Shown here: positions 29,950 to 39,472 of the stretch, piece by piece
Numbering within the stretch: the stretch's first letter is position 1
Layout of the letters: the number at the start of each line of letters is the position of its first letter
Position numbers and translations under genes: made by a program
Assembly (NCBI GenBank): GCA_014381925.1
Contig: JACNKR010000063.1
Coordinates: 2,375-66,374 of the forward strand
Direction of reading: 5' to 3'
DNA length: 64,000 nt
Source of the DNA: Fidelibacterota bacterium
GTDB taxonomy: Bacteria > Fidelibacterota > Marinisomatia > SCGC-AAA003-L08 > GCA-2689995
Notes under the pieces: model-generated
What the model was told of the DNA's origin: nothing
Databases searched by the model: none
The model's input: only the letters and a program-made list of their open reading frames with translations

Positions 29950-31354
29950 TTAACTGATCAACTTTTAATCGATTTATTTTTCCTAATTCATTTTTTGGAA
30001 GTTCTTCACAAATAATAAATTTTTTAGGGATTTTAAATTCTAATAATTGATTTTTACAAAATTCTACTAAATCTAATTTATTAAACTTCTCATTTGTTTT
30101 TATAAAGGCAATTATTTCTTCGCCCCATTTTTGATTTTCAACTCCAAGCACACAACATGCCACAATATTAGGAAATTTTATAATTACTTCTTCAATTTCA
30201 AATGGATTAACATTTTCCCCTCCAGTTACAATTCGATCTTGTCTCAATGGTTTTAAAAATAAAAAACCATCTTTATCAATTTCACCTAAATCATTTGAAA
30301 TAAATTGTGAATTAAATGGTAACTCTCCCCAATAACCATTTGCAATTATTTCACCGAAAATACAAATTTTTGAATACTTATTTTTCTGTGGTGCTGTTGA
30401 AATTGTTAAATTATTAAATGGTTTTCCAACTGAATTTAATTTTTCAGGGTAATCGTTTATCCAAAACCCCGACACTCCCGAGCAAGTTTCGGTCATTCCA
30501 TACGTCACAAATATTGGAATATTTAGTTTAATACAATTTTCTAAAAGTATAGAATTTGCAGGACCTCCTCCAGTCAAAATCATTCTAAAGGATTGTAAAC
30601 ACTTAATTCCTTCTTCAATTTGTAAAAGCGTATAAATAATTGTTGGTACTAAACTAATCACCGTTATTTTTTGTTTACTTGCTTCTAAAATAAAATTATC
30701 GATATTAAATTTTTCAAATAAATAAACAGGGCAATGACTTAATAACCCCCTGATAATTGCTGAAATTCCAGCAATATGATGGAGAGGCAAAATATTCATA
30801 ATAGAATCATTATTACTAAACTTTATTTCATCATTCCAATTTTTAAAACTATATAAAAAGTTTTGGGTCGATAATTCAACCGGTTTCGGTTTACCACTGC
30901 TTCCGCTTGTAAAAATTATTGTTATTGTATCAATTAGGTTTTTTTTAACAGGTTTTATTGATACACCACAATTTTGAATTGAAGCTCCATCTTCATTAAA
31001 AATTAAATTGACTTTATTAACTAACTTTATTGAAACGCTTTTTCGAGATGTAATTAAGTGGGATAATTGAACTGAATTAATAATTGTATTTAATTCAGTT
31101 GATTTTAATTTTGGATTAATCAAAACAGAAATTAATCCTAAATAATCGCACGCAAACCAATTAATTATAAATTCCAAAGGGTCTAAAATTTGAATTCCAA
31201 TTAATATATTTTTCTTTAGATTATATTGATTTATAACGCGTGCTGTATGAATAACTTGAATCTGAATTTCCTCATAAGAATATGATTTATTTTTATAATT
31301 TAAAAAAACTGCTGAAGGATTGTTTTTTACAATCGTTAATAATTGATTAATCAT
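29927..31354 (-). CDS. menE: O-succinylbenzoate-CoA ligase (AMP-binding family)
   Basis: AMP-binding motif IIFTSGSSGKPKPV and C-terminal GEIDKDGFLFLKPLRQDRIVTGGENV. Directly downstream of menC and menA. Confidence 0.7.
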   Translation of the reverse strand: MINQLLTIVKNNPSAVFLNYKNKSYSYEEIQIQVIHTARVINQYNLKKNILIGIQILDPLEFIINWFACDYLGLISVLINPKLKSTELNTIINSVQLSHLITSRKSVSIKLVNKVNLIFNEDGASIQNCGVSIKPVKKNLIDTITIIFTSGSSGKPKPVELSTQNFLYSFKNWNDEIKFSNNDSIMNILPLHHIAGISAIIRGLLSHCPVYLFEKFNIDNFILEASKQKITVISLVPTIIYTLLQIEEGIKCLQSFRMILTGGGPANSILLENCIKLNIPIFVTYGMTETCSGVSGFWINDYPEKLNSVGKPFNNLTISTAPQKNKYSKICIFGEIIANGYWGELPFNSQFISNDLGEIDKDGFLFLKPLRQDRIVTGGENVNPFEIEEVIIKFPNIVACCVLGVENQKWGEEIIAFIKTNEKFNKLDLVEFCKNQLLEFKIPKKFIICEELPKNELGKINRLKVDQLIKGHEHI

Positions 31355-32398
31355 TTATTGGTAGGGTATTTTTTCAGGTATGAGGTTTAACCCCGGTTTT
31401 GTTGGTTTATTAATAATAGAAGTTTGTAGAGGATTATTTATTATATCACTCTCTAAAAGTGAGTTGGCAGAGAAACCATTTGCTAATTTTATTTCACTAA
31501 CAAAAGCGAGATGAAGACATGTCTGTTTTTCAATTTCAGTACCTAGTGTTGTTGTGATTACAGATTTAATATTATGTTTATTTCCCAAATTTATTATTTC
31601 TAAACATTCATTTATATTCCCCGTAATCATTGGCTTAATTACAAAAATATCAGCAGACTGAAATTCAATTATTTCTCTAACAGAATTGATATCTGTTAAT
31701 GATTCATCCAAGGCAATGGGGATTTCTGTATGCAAGCGTAATTCTGCTAAATCCTCTAATTCTTCTTTTGGTAATGGCTGTTCAATATATTCGATATTAA
31801 ATTCTTCGAGTTCTCTACATAATCGAATTGCTCGAGGCAAGTCTAAGGATTCATTTGCGTCAATTCTAATTTTTTTATCTTGCCCGATTTGTTTTTGAAT
31901 TAATTTTAACTTTTCTTTAATTGTAAATATATTTTTATCCGTTAATTTTAATTTATACACCTGATAATTAATATCAGATTGCATATCTTTTTCTAACCCA
32001 TTTACAGTAATAAAATCACAGCATTTATTTGAAAAATTCTTCCAAAATGGTATTATATTTATTTTTGAATATAAATCATAAATTGCCGTTTCTAACCCAA
32101 AAAGAGCTGATGGATTTTCGAAAGATTGAGCTTTTGCTAATATTAATAAATCTTCTAAAGATTGATTTTCCTCTATTCCTTTTATAGCAAGAGAAAATCC
32201 TTCAAGACAATTACGAGCTTCAATAAGAGTTTCTTTTGAAAAACCAGGTAGTGGGGCTGTTTCACCGTAGCCCGAATAAACACCCGATTTTAGCTCAATA
32301 ATAATTCCTTCCCTATAGGAAATTTCGCCCTTTGCGGTGATTAATGGTTGAATAAATGGAATTCGATATGCACTAAAATTAATTGAGGAAATATTCAA
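31355..32398 (-). CDS. menC: o-Succinylbenzoate synthase (enolase superfamily)
   Basis: KIRIDANESL...IEYIEQPLP...IALDESL metal-ligand pattern of the MLE subgroup. Assignment rests on the menA/menE context. Confidence 0.65.
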   Translation of the reverse strand: MNISSINFSAYRIPFIQPLITAKGEISYREGIIIELKSGVYSGYGETAPLPGFSKETLIEARNCLEGFSLAIKGIEENQSLEDLLILAKAQSFENPSALFGLETAIYDLYSKINIIPFWKNFSNKCCDFITVNGLEKDMQSDINYQVYKLKLTDKNIFTIKEKLKLIQKQIGQDKKIRIDANESLDLPRAIRLCRELEEFNIEYIEQPLPKEELEDLAELRLHTEIPIALDESLTDINSVREIIEFQSADIFVIKPMITGNINECLEIINLGNKHNIKSVITTTLGTEIEKQTCLHLAFVSEIKLANGFSANSLLESDIINNPLQTSIINKPTKPGLNLIPEKIPYQ

Positions 32399-33276
32399 AT
32401 TAAGAATCCCAGTGCCAAAAGAATAGTATAAACAATTTGTAGCCTGGCAGTATTTGCCAATAAACTATTTAAAGATGTACCTGATTTCTTATAAATATCA
32501 ATAATATTTATAATTGCAATAGGTAAACAAAATAATACTAAAAATATTGCCAATTTAGGAATTAAATGGTGATATAAATAAAAAGGTACTAAAAATGGAA
32601 TTAAAGTAAAAACACCATATTGAATTTTAGAAAATGGTTTTCCAAATATTACAGCTATTGTTTTCTTTCCAGTTTTAATATCATTATTTGCATCTCTTAT
32701 ATTATTTACAATTAAAATACAATCAGCCATTAATCCCATTATAACTCCCAATAATATAGCTGTTGAATTATATAAATCACCGCCCTGTAAATAATATGTT
32801 CCTGGTACTGCAACTAATCCAAAAAATACAAATACAAATAAATCTCCTAACCCATTATACCCTAATGGAAATGGCCCTCCTGTATATGCATAACCCGAAA
32901 TAATTGCAACGCTTCCAATAATGACAATGGGTAATCCACCAATCCAAGCAAGGTAACAACCAATTAATAATGCAATAAAAAAAGAAAAAAACATCCCCTT
33001 TTTTACTTGTGATGGATTTAATAACCCGGATTGAGTTACGCGTTTTGGACCTAATCGCTCGTCTGTATCTGTACCCTTTTCAAAATCATACACATCATTT
33101 GCGAGATTTGTCCCAATTTGAATTAATACCGAAGCTACAAAGGTGCAAAATGCAATAAATGGTTGGAAATACCCATCAAAGTATGCAAAGCTTAAACCTA
33201 TAATTACAGGTGCAATTGCAGCGGGTAATGTTTTAAGGCGAAAAGCCAATAACCACGTATTTAGAGATGTCTTCAA
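32395..33276 (-). CDS. menA: 1,4-dihydroxy-2-naphthoate polyprenyltransferase (UbiA family)
   Basis: UbiA motif NLANDVYDFEKGTD, about 9 TM segments, men gene context. Confidence 0.8.
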   Translation of the reverse strand: MKTSLNTWLLAFRLKTLPAAIAPVIIGLSFAYFDGYFQPFIAFCTFVASVLIQIGTNLANDVYDFEKGTDTDERLGPKRVTQSGLLNPSQVKKGMFFSFFIALLIGCYLAWIGGLPIVIIGSVAIISGYAYTGGPFPLGYNGLGDLFVFVFFGLVAVPGTYYLQGGDLYNSTAILLGVIMGLMADCILIVNNIRDANNDIKTGKKTIAVIFGKPFSKIQYGVFTLIPFLVPFYLYHHLIPKLAIFLVLFCLPIAIINIIDIYKKSGTSLNSLLANTARLQIVYTILLALGFLI

Positions 33277-33311
33277 TTGTATAAATTTTTCATATTATTT
33301 ATATGAATAAT

Positions 33312-34853
33312 TTAAGGTATGTATTTTTCTACTTTATTGTATTTTTCTGCATTAAACATCACAGATGGTTGCCAGTTTTTTAAATTATGTTGAGCAACAA
33401 CTGCACTTTGCATATGCCATAAATAAATCCAAGGAGCATCGTTCATTAGTTTATCATTCGCTTTTTGGGCAATATTGAACCTTATTTCAGAGTTCGTTTC
33501 TGTTTGTAATTCAATAATCAAACTATCTAATTCTGAACTTTCATATCGAGTCCACCGGGTTTTACTTACTTCTGATTCAAATAAGGGGGCTAAAAAGTTT
33601 TCAGGATCAGGATAATCTGCCCACCAAGAACGATAATACATATCAGGGATTCCTTTTCTAACTGCATCAGAATACATATTCCAATCATTTCTTACAATTT
33701 TAACATTAATTCCAATTTGCTTTAATTGATCTTGAATAATTTCTGTAATTTGAAATAATTCTTTGGATTGACTTTGCCATAATTCAACTGAAAATCCATT
33801 ATTATATCCTGCATTTTCTAATAGTTTTTTTGCTTTTTCAGGATTATATCCAAAAATTGGATTTTCTTTTCTTTCTAATAAAACAGGTGGGATGGGTCCC
33901 CCGGCTTCTTGCCCTCTACTTGAAAAAATTGTTGATAAAATTTCTTCAACATTAATTGCATAATTTACTGCCTGCCTTACACTTACATTATCAAATGGAG
34001 GTCTTGAGCAATTTAATCCAATATAATAAGTATTTAATTGGTCAATAAGTTGAATATCGTCTTTCCATTCAGGATCTTTTAACCATAATTCATATTCAGC
34101 ATTTGGGATTTCCATAATATCGAGATAGCCTGTAATAAATTCGGCAACCCTGGGCAACGCTTCTGGAAGAATACGGATTTTTAATTTATCTAATAATGGT
34201 GCACCATTAAAATAATGTTTATTTGCATTAAACAAAAAATGTCCGTCTCTAATCCACTCTGTTTTTATCCATGGACCTGTACCAATAATTTTATCATTAA
34301 TAATATTTACTATAGACGCTGATGGCATTGCTAAAAATCCTAAAAATGGAGCAAAAGGCTTTTCAAGTTTTATAGTAAAAGTTGAATCATTAGAACATAT
34401 AAACCCGGAAACCGATTCAATTTCATTCTTCATAAATGGTTTTGCACCTGTAACAGATTTAAATAACCATGACCGCCGAGAAGCTACTTTGGGATTTAAT
34501 ATTCGTTCAAAACTTGATTTTATATGAGAAGAATTTAATAACTCGCCATTTTGAAAAAAGACAGAATCATGTAATTGAAAAATATAGGTTTTTCCATTAT
34601 CTACAATAGACCAAGATTTTGCAATTCCAGGGATAATCTCTGAACCATGACCATAATGGACTAAATTATCAAACATTAATGCCGTGACTTGCCCAGAACG
34701 AACATCTGTTGCGTGGGCGGGGTCTATATTTTTAGGGTCACCAGCAAGCACTAATGTCAACTGATTTGCATCTGGTTTAATTGTACAGCTAATTATAAAA
34801 GTGAATAGAAATAGATAATATTTAAATTGTCTCATATCTAAAATTGAGTTCAT
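33312..34853 (-). CDS. ABC transporter substrate-binding lipoprotein, family 5 (peptide/nickel type); no permease or ATPase genes adjacent
   Basis: Lipobox FIISC; LTLVLAGDPKNIDPAHATDV...GTGPW... pattern typical of SBP_bac_5. Confidence 0.75.
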   Translation of the reverse strand: MNSILDMRQFKYYLFLFTFIISCTIKPDANQLTLVLAGDPKNIDPAHATDVRSGQVTALMFDNLVHYGHGSEIIPGIAKSWSIVDNGKTYIFQLHDSVFFQNGELLNSSHIKSSFERILNPKVASRRSWLFKSVTGAKPFMKNEIESVSGFICSNDSTFTIKLEKPFAPFLGFLAMPSASIVNIINDKIIGTGPWIKTEWIRDGHFLFNANKHYFNGAPLLDKLKIRILPEALPRVAEFITGYLDIMEIPNAEYELWLKDPEWKDDIQLIDQLNTYYIGLNCSRPPFDNVSVRQAVNYAINVEEILSTIFSSRGQEAGGPIPPVLLERKENPIFGYNPEKAKKLLENAGYNNGFSVELWQSQSKELFQITEIIQDQLKQIGINVKIVRNDWNMYSDAVRKGIPDMYYRSWWADYPDPENFLAPLFESEVSKTRWTRYESSELDSLIIELQTETNSEIRFNIAQKANDKLMNDAPWIYLWHMQSAVVAQHNLKNWQPSVMFNAEKYNKVEKYIP

Positions 34854-35055
34854 TAATCAAGGTGATTCAAGATTAAAATAAATATTATTTTTAATGAGAA
34901 TTGAATATAAGATTTAAAACCTCGCTTTAATGGAATTGCACATCAACGGTTTGTATAAGAATAGTAGCCGACTGCGGAACTCGAATTTTTCAAGTTACTA
35001 CTAAATTTTATTCGGGATACAATGCTCATATTTACTACTGTCTCGGCTATTATTT

Positions 35056-36159
35056 TTATACTTTGTTGGCATTAGTCTTTATATTTTGCAATCTAATTGT
35101 GTCTGTATTTATTCGATTCAATAATTCTTTTATTGTCGTGCTCGATTTTATTTTTGCAGACCGATAAATCATACTATTTCCAAATTTATTAAAGTCTTTC
35201 CCTTTTTTGGGATAAGATTCATTTTCTGGAATAAAGTCAAATGAAAACCATAATTTCTTTTGTCTCAAATTATTAGCAATGTTTTTTTTCTCTTTTTCTT
35301 TTTTACCCCAAGCATATAAGTAATGGTTATATCTTATTCCATCTAACATTATTCCGTAGATTATTTCATTTTCATTAGAATAGTCTATATTAATTACACC
35401 TTTCCCATTAACAAAATTAAAACTAATTACAATTTTGTTTTTATGGTTTTCATGAGAATATCTAGTTCCTTTTAAAACTTCAATATTTTCTCTTTTTGAT
35501 TGCAAGAAAGAGTGTATTTCACTTACAAGTTGTGTGTATTTGTATTTTATATATAAATCGTGAAGTCTTATTTCTTTATAAATACCATAATCAGAATTGT
35601 AGAAATTATAACAATCTGTTTCTGTATCAAATTTAAGTGATTCTGTTATGCAAGTAAGATTATTAATAAAGAACACATAGTCGTTTAAAAGAGATTTGTT
35701 ATAAGAATCATTATCACTTAACAAGTTTTTTAAGTTGTCAAGTATGACTCCTAAATCTCTATATGTTAATATTTCCCAACCTATTTCTGTTGTGTCAAAT
35801 GGCGGACGAATTAGGGTTAATAGAACAAATAAGTCATTAGGGTTGCTTTTATTTTTATAATCTATAAGTTGTTGCCTATCTGGAACACTTTTTACTTTAT
35901 TTTCAATAATTAATTTGCTTGATTCAAATTCAATAATTAAATCTAAGTTTCGACTTTCTCTATGAACACATTTAATTTCAGTACTTACAAATTTGTTTTT
36001 TTCTACAAAATAATCAGATAAAAGTTTTCCAAATTTCAAAGGATAAGTTTCAGAAACCCAAGCAATAAAATTACTATGAAATAATTCTTTTGAACTTAAA
36101 GACATATTAAAAAGCGGTGACTTTTTAAGTTCTTCTATTAATCGATGGTTCTCGTTCAT
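35056..36159 (-). CDS. PD-(D/E)XK nuclease superfamily protein (stand-alone)
   Basis: N-terminal SPLFNMSLSSKELFHSNFIAWVSE motif and core NLDLIIEFESSKLIIENKVKSVPDRQQLIDY (D...E-x-K). The C-terminal about 200 aa have no motif I recognise. Confidence 0.55.
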   Translation of the reverse strand: MNENHRLIEELKKSPLFNMSLSSKELFHSNFIAWVSETYPLKFGKLLSDYFVEKNKFVSTEIKCVHRESRNLDLIIEFESSKLIIENKVKSVPDRQQLIDYKNKSNPNDLFVLLTLIRPPFDTTEIGWEILTYRDLGVILDNLKNLLSDNDSYNKSLLNDYVFFINNLTCITESLKFDTETDCYNFYNSDYGIYKEIRLHDLYIKYKYTQLVSEIHSFLQSKRENIEVLKGTRYSHENHKNKIVISFNFVNGKGVINIDYSNENEIIYGIMLDGIRYNHYLYAWGKKEKEKKNIANNLRQKKLWFSFDFIPENESYPKKGKDFNKFGNSMIYRSAKIKSSTTIKELLNRINTDTIRLQNIKTNANKV

Positions 36160-36258
36160 TTTTTTTTATATTAATGCCAACGACGGCGATAAACGCTATT
36201 GTGTTTATCGGGAATATATATCCCAACTTTTAATAGTGTAATAACAGAAATATTCATG

Positions 36259-37275
36259 TTAAAATATAGCAATCACAATTTTGCCTTGGCTATTACGAGA
36301 TTCCATAAGTTCATGTGCTTTTGGTAAATCTTCAAAATTAAAAGTATGCCCCACAATTGGTTTAAGATTATGTTTATTCGTAAATACAGAAAAATCATTC
36401 CAAATAGAATTTAATAATTTTTCATTCGGAAGTAAATATCCCAAATGGGATGCCATTACCGAATAACTATTTTCTGCTAAATGAGATAATTTAGTTTTAG
36501 GTAAATCATTCCATGTTTTATACCAACTATACGGATTCCATTTTTTTAAATCTAAACCTGCAAAACCCATAATCATAATCCGGCCAAAAGGGTTGAGTAA
36601 ATCTACCGATTTTTTATAGACATCGCCCCCAACCATTTCTAAAACAACATCTACTCCATTATTTGTTTTTGATTTAATTACATTCGCAAAATCATCTTTT
36701 CGATAATTAATACCAATGTCAATCCCAAGTTGAGATAATAATTCTAATTTTTTATCTGATCCAGCAGTTCCATAAACTGTATTTCCAAATGCTTTCGCAA
36801 TTTGTACCGCCATCGTTCCAACGCCTCCACCGGCGGCCTGTATCAGTACTTTGTCCGTTTTCTTTAACCTGGCTAAATTCATTAAAGCAATCCAAGCCGT
36901 TAATCCATTTATGGCAATTGCCGAATTTTCTATGTCTGTTAAATGGGCAAATGGTTTTAATGCTTGTCCTTCGGGGATAACCATTTTTTCAGCATAGGAT
37001 CCAAATTGAGCACCAACAATTACATTGTCACCAACTTTATATTTTGTTACTTCGTCACCAATTGAATCTATTTCTCCAAACCCTTCCATTCCAGGAATAT
37101 ATGGTTTTTGAGGAGCCCATCCATACAGACCTTTACGAGATAAAATTTCTGCATAATTTATTCCTATATGTTTTAATTTAACTCGAACTTCGTTTTTTAT
37201 AGGTATTGGATCGGGTGCATCTTCCATTTTTAATACAAATGGGTTGCCATGTTTTTTAAGTAAGTACGCTTTCAT
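36259..37275 (-). CDS. Zinc-independent MDR-family NADPH:quinone oxidoreductase (zeta-crystallin/VAT-1-like)
   Basis: VRVKLKHIGINYAEI..., NADPH-binding AAGGGVGTMAVQIAK, typical length of 338 aa. Confidence 0.8.
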   Translation of the reverse strand: MKAYLLKKHGNPFVLKMEDAPDPIPIKNEVRVKLKHIGINYAEILSRKGLYGWAPQKPYIPGMEGFGEIDSIGDEVTKYKVGDNVIVGAQFGSYAEKMVIPEGQALKPFAHLTDIENSAIAINGLTAWIALMNLARLKKTDKVLIQAAGGGVGTMAVQIAKAFGNTVYGTAGSDKKLELLSQLGIDIGINYRKDDFANVIKSKTNNGVDVVLEMVGGDVYKKSVDLLNPFGRIMIMGFAGLDLKKWNPYSWYKTWNDLPKTKLSHLAENSYSVMASHLGYLLPNEKLLNSIWNDFSVFTNKHNLKPIVGHTFNFEDLPKAHELMESRNSQGKIVIAIF

Positions 37276-37364
37276 AGTGTAAAATTTAATACCTTGTATA
37301 TCAATAAATTTATTGATAATATTAGTTATTAATTTTTTTCTTAATTAAATAAATATTTAAAATT

Positions 37365-38606
37365 ATGAATACTTATATTATCGCAGTGTTAATTGCTGTA
37401 CCAATTTTTACTTTACTAATTTCTATTGAGTGGATTGTATCTATCAAAAGAGGAATAATTATAAATCATTCAGCCGACTTGATTTCGAGTTTAAGTTCGG
37501 GATTAACAAATATTCTTAAAGATGGCTTAAAAATTTCATTTGCAATTATTAGTTATAGTTGGCTTGTTGAACGAATCGTCATTTTTCAAATTGAATCTCT
37601 GGTGTTAACCATAATTATTGCATTTATTGTTCAAGATTTTGCGGGATATTGGCTACATCGTTTAAACCATCGTGTTAATATTTTATGGAATCGTCATATT
37701 ATTCATCATAGCAGTGAAGAATATAATCTTTCCTGTGCATTAAGGCAGTCAATTTCAGGGTTCATATCCTTTGGGGCATTTTTTATGATTCCCGCGGCAT
37801 TATTTGGAGTGCCTGTATGGTTATTTGCAGTTTTAGGACCTGTTCATTTATTTTTGCAATTTTGGTATCATACTTGCTTAATTAATCGCATGGGTATTTT
37901 AGAAAATATTCTTGTTACACCTTCTCATCATCGCGTACACCATGCAATTAACCCCGAATACTTAGATAAAAATTTCAGTCAAATCTTTATAGTATGGGAT
38001 AAACTATTTGGTACATTTCAACCAGAACTAAATGAGGTCAAACCTGTATATGGAATTTTAAGACAAGCAGATACTTGGAATCCAATTCTCATTAACTTTA
38101 AACATTTCTTTTCTCTATTAACCGATGCATGGCATACTTCAAATTTATTAGATAAATTTAAAATATGGTTTATGAAAACAGGATGGAGACCAGAAGATGT
38201 GATTCAATCTAACCCAATAATGACCATTAACAACCCAAAAGATTTAATAAAGTATAAAACAAATAATTCATCAACTGTTATTTACTGGTCATATTTTCAA
38301 TTGATAATTTCATTTGCAATGATTGTACATTTATTTTCTGTTGAAACCGTTTTTGAATCCTATTTAGTATATTTATATGCAATATTTATTATGGCAAATG
38401 TGTTTAGTTATACATCCCTTTTAGATCAAAAAAAAATTATCATCATTTCTGAAATAATAAAATTAAGTTTAATCGGAATTATTTTATGGAAATTAAATTG
38501 GAGTTGGTTTGGGTTGTCATCCCAATACTCAATGCTATTTATTGGCTTTACGGTAGTATCTTTATTAATTAATTTTATATTATTAAAAAAATCAATAAAA
38601 TTATAA
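37365..38606 (+). CDS. Alkylglycerol monooxygenase (AGMO/TMEM195)-like fatty-acid-hydroxylase-superfamily membrane protein
   Basis: HRLNHRVNILWNRHIIHHSSEEYNLSCALRQS and VTPSHHRVHHAINPEYLDKNFSQIFIVWDKLFGTFQPE, followed by a hydrophobic C-terminal extension. Collinear with my recollection of human AGMO (HHSSEDYNLSTALRQS ... TPSHHRVHHGRN...IDKNYAGVLIIWDRIFGTFEAE). Confidence 0.65.
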   Translation: MNTYIIAVLIAVPIFTLLISIEWIVSIKRGIIINHSADLISSLSSGLTNILKDGLKISFAIISYSWLVERIVIFQIESLVLTIIIAFIVQDFAGYWLHRLNHRVNILWNRHIIHHSSEEYNLSCALRQSISGFISFGAFFMIPAALFGVPVWLFAVLGPVHLFLQFWYHTCLINRMGILENILVTPSHHRVHHAINPEYLDKNFSQIFIVWDKLFGTFQPELNEVKPVYGILRQADTWNPILINFKHFFSLLTDAWHTSNLLDKFKIWFMKTGWRPEDVIQSNPIMTINNPKDLIKYKTNNSSTVIYWSYFQLIISFAMIVHLFSVETVFESYLVYLYAIFIMANVFSYTSLLDQKKIIIISEIIKLSLIGIILWKLNWSWFGLSSQYSMLFIGFTVVSLLINFILLKKSIKL

Positions 38607-38615
38607 ACATTAATA

Positions 38616-39467
38616 CTATTTTGTAAATTTCGCTCCAACAGGATGTCTATATTTTTGAAAAGGGATTAACAATAATCCTTTAATATTTTCTATCTCTTGA
38701 GGCTCCATGTGTGTATCTAATCCAAATATTAATTTTTCATGTTCACCTACATTTATATTTGTTCTAAAAATATGGTCCCAAATTGAAAATATATTTCCAA
38801 AATTACTATCTGTATGTGGTAAAGTAAAATGATGATGTATTCGGTGAAAACGAGGGGTTACAAAAACCCAAGAAAATAGTTTGTCTAATTTTTCTGGAGT
38901 TTTATAATTTGCATGAGAAAAATGTGCAAAAAAGGCTGAAACCGTTTGATAAAACATAACCATTCCAATTGATGCTCCTGATAATAATACAGCAATAATT
39001 GTAAAACCTAATCTAAATAATGATTCTCCGGGGTGATGTCTTAGCCCTGTAGTTACATCAACTTGCTGGTCCGTATGATGAATTATATGAAATTTCCACA
39101 TCCATTTTACTTTATGTTCTAACCAATGAATAAACCATGCCCCTCCAAAATCTAAAAAAATAAAAGAACAAACGACCATGAGCCAAAAAGGGAGAACTTG
39201 TCCATTTATATTTAAATGTATTAATCCACTGCTTTCCTGAGAGTTATACATCGTTGCTTTTAAAATAAGCGATGCACCAATAAAATTAATAATTAATGTT
39301 GTAAGAGTTAAAGTTAAGTTTAAAAATGCGTGCTTGCCTTTTTTATAATCAAAATTAAATAAAGGTATTCCCTTTTCTAATAATAAGAAAAATGAAAGTC
39401 CAGAAATTAAAAAAATAGTCCGTGTAGATGAAGGGATTGTTTCAAAATATTGAATTAAATTTTCCAT
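38616..39467 (-). CDS. Sterol desaturase / fatty acid hydroxylase family protein
   Basis: Histidine boxes HWLEHKV, FHIIHHTD, FHRIHHH; 4-5 TM segments. Confidence 0.75.
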   Translation of the reverse strand: MENLIQYFETIPSSTRTIFLISGLSFFLLLEKGIPLFNFDYKKGKHAFLNLTLTLTTLIINFIGASLILKATMYNSQESSGLIHLNINGQVLPFWLMVVCSFIFLDFGGAWFIHWLEHKVKWMWKFHIIHHTDQQVDVTTGLRHHPGESLFRLGFTIIAVLLSGASIGMVMFYQTVSAFFAHFSHANYKTPEKLDKLFSWVFVTPRFHRIHHHFTLPHTDSNFGNIFSIWDHIFRTNINVGEHEKLIFGLDTHMEPQEIENIKGLLLIPFQKYRHPVGAKFTK

Positions 39468-39472
39468 TAAAT

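Noticed and set aside
34960-35055. Intact tRNA gene on the minus strand (GCCGAGA...TTCGAGTTCCGCAGTCGGC, about 81 nt)
   Set aside because: Only the T-loop and 3' acceptor-like part, plus a 5-7 bp closing stem, are present. The 5' T-stem (AAAAA), D-arm and anticodon arm do not fold into a cloverleaf. At best it is a tRNA 3'-fragment or att scar, as noted in the PD-(D/E)XK finding.
34960-36230. Direct repeats flanking the PD-(D/E)XK gene (GCCGACTGCGG...TTCGGGATA on the left, GCCAACGACGGCG...ATCGGGAATA on the right) as target-site duplication
   Set aside because: The similarity is limited to two short motifs (about 10 nt each) with many mismatches and different spacing (43 against 39 nt). This is not distinguishable from chance by eye.
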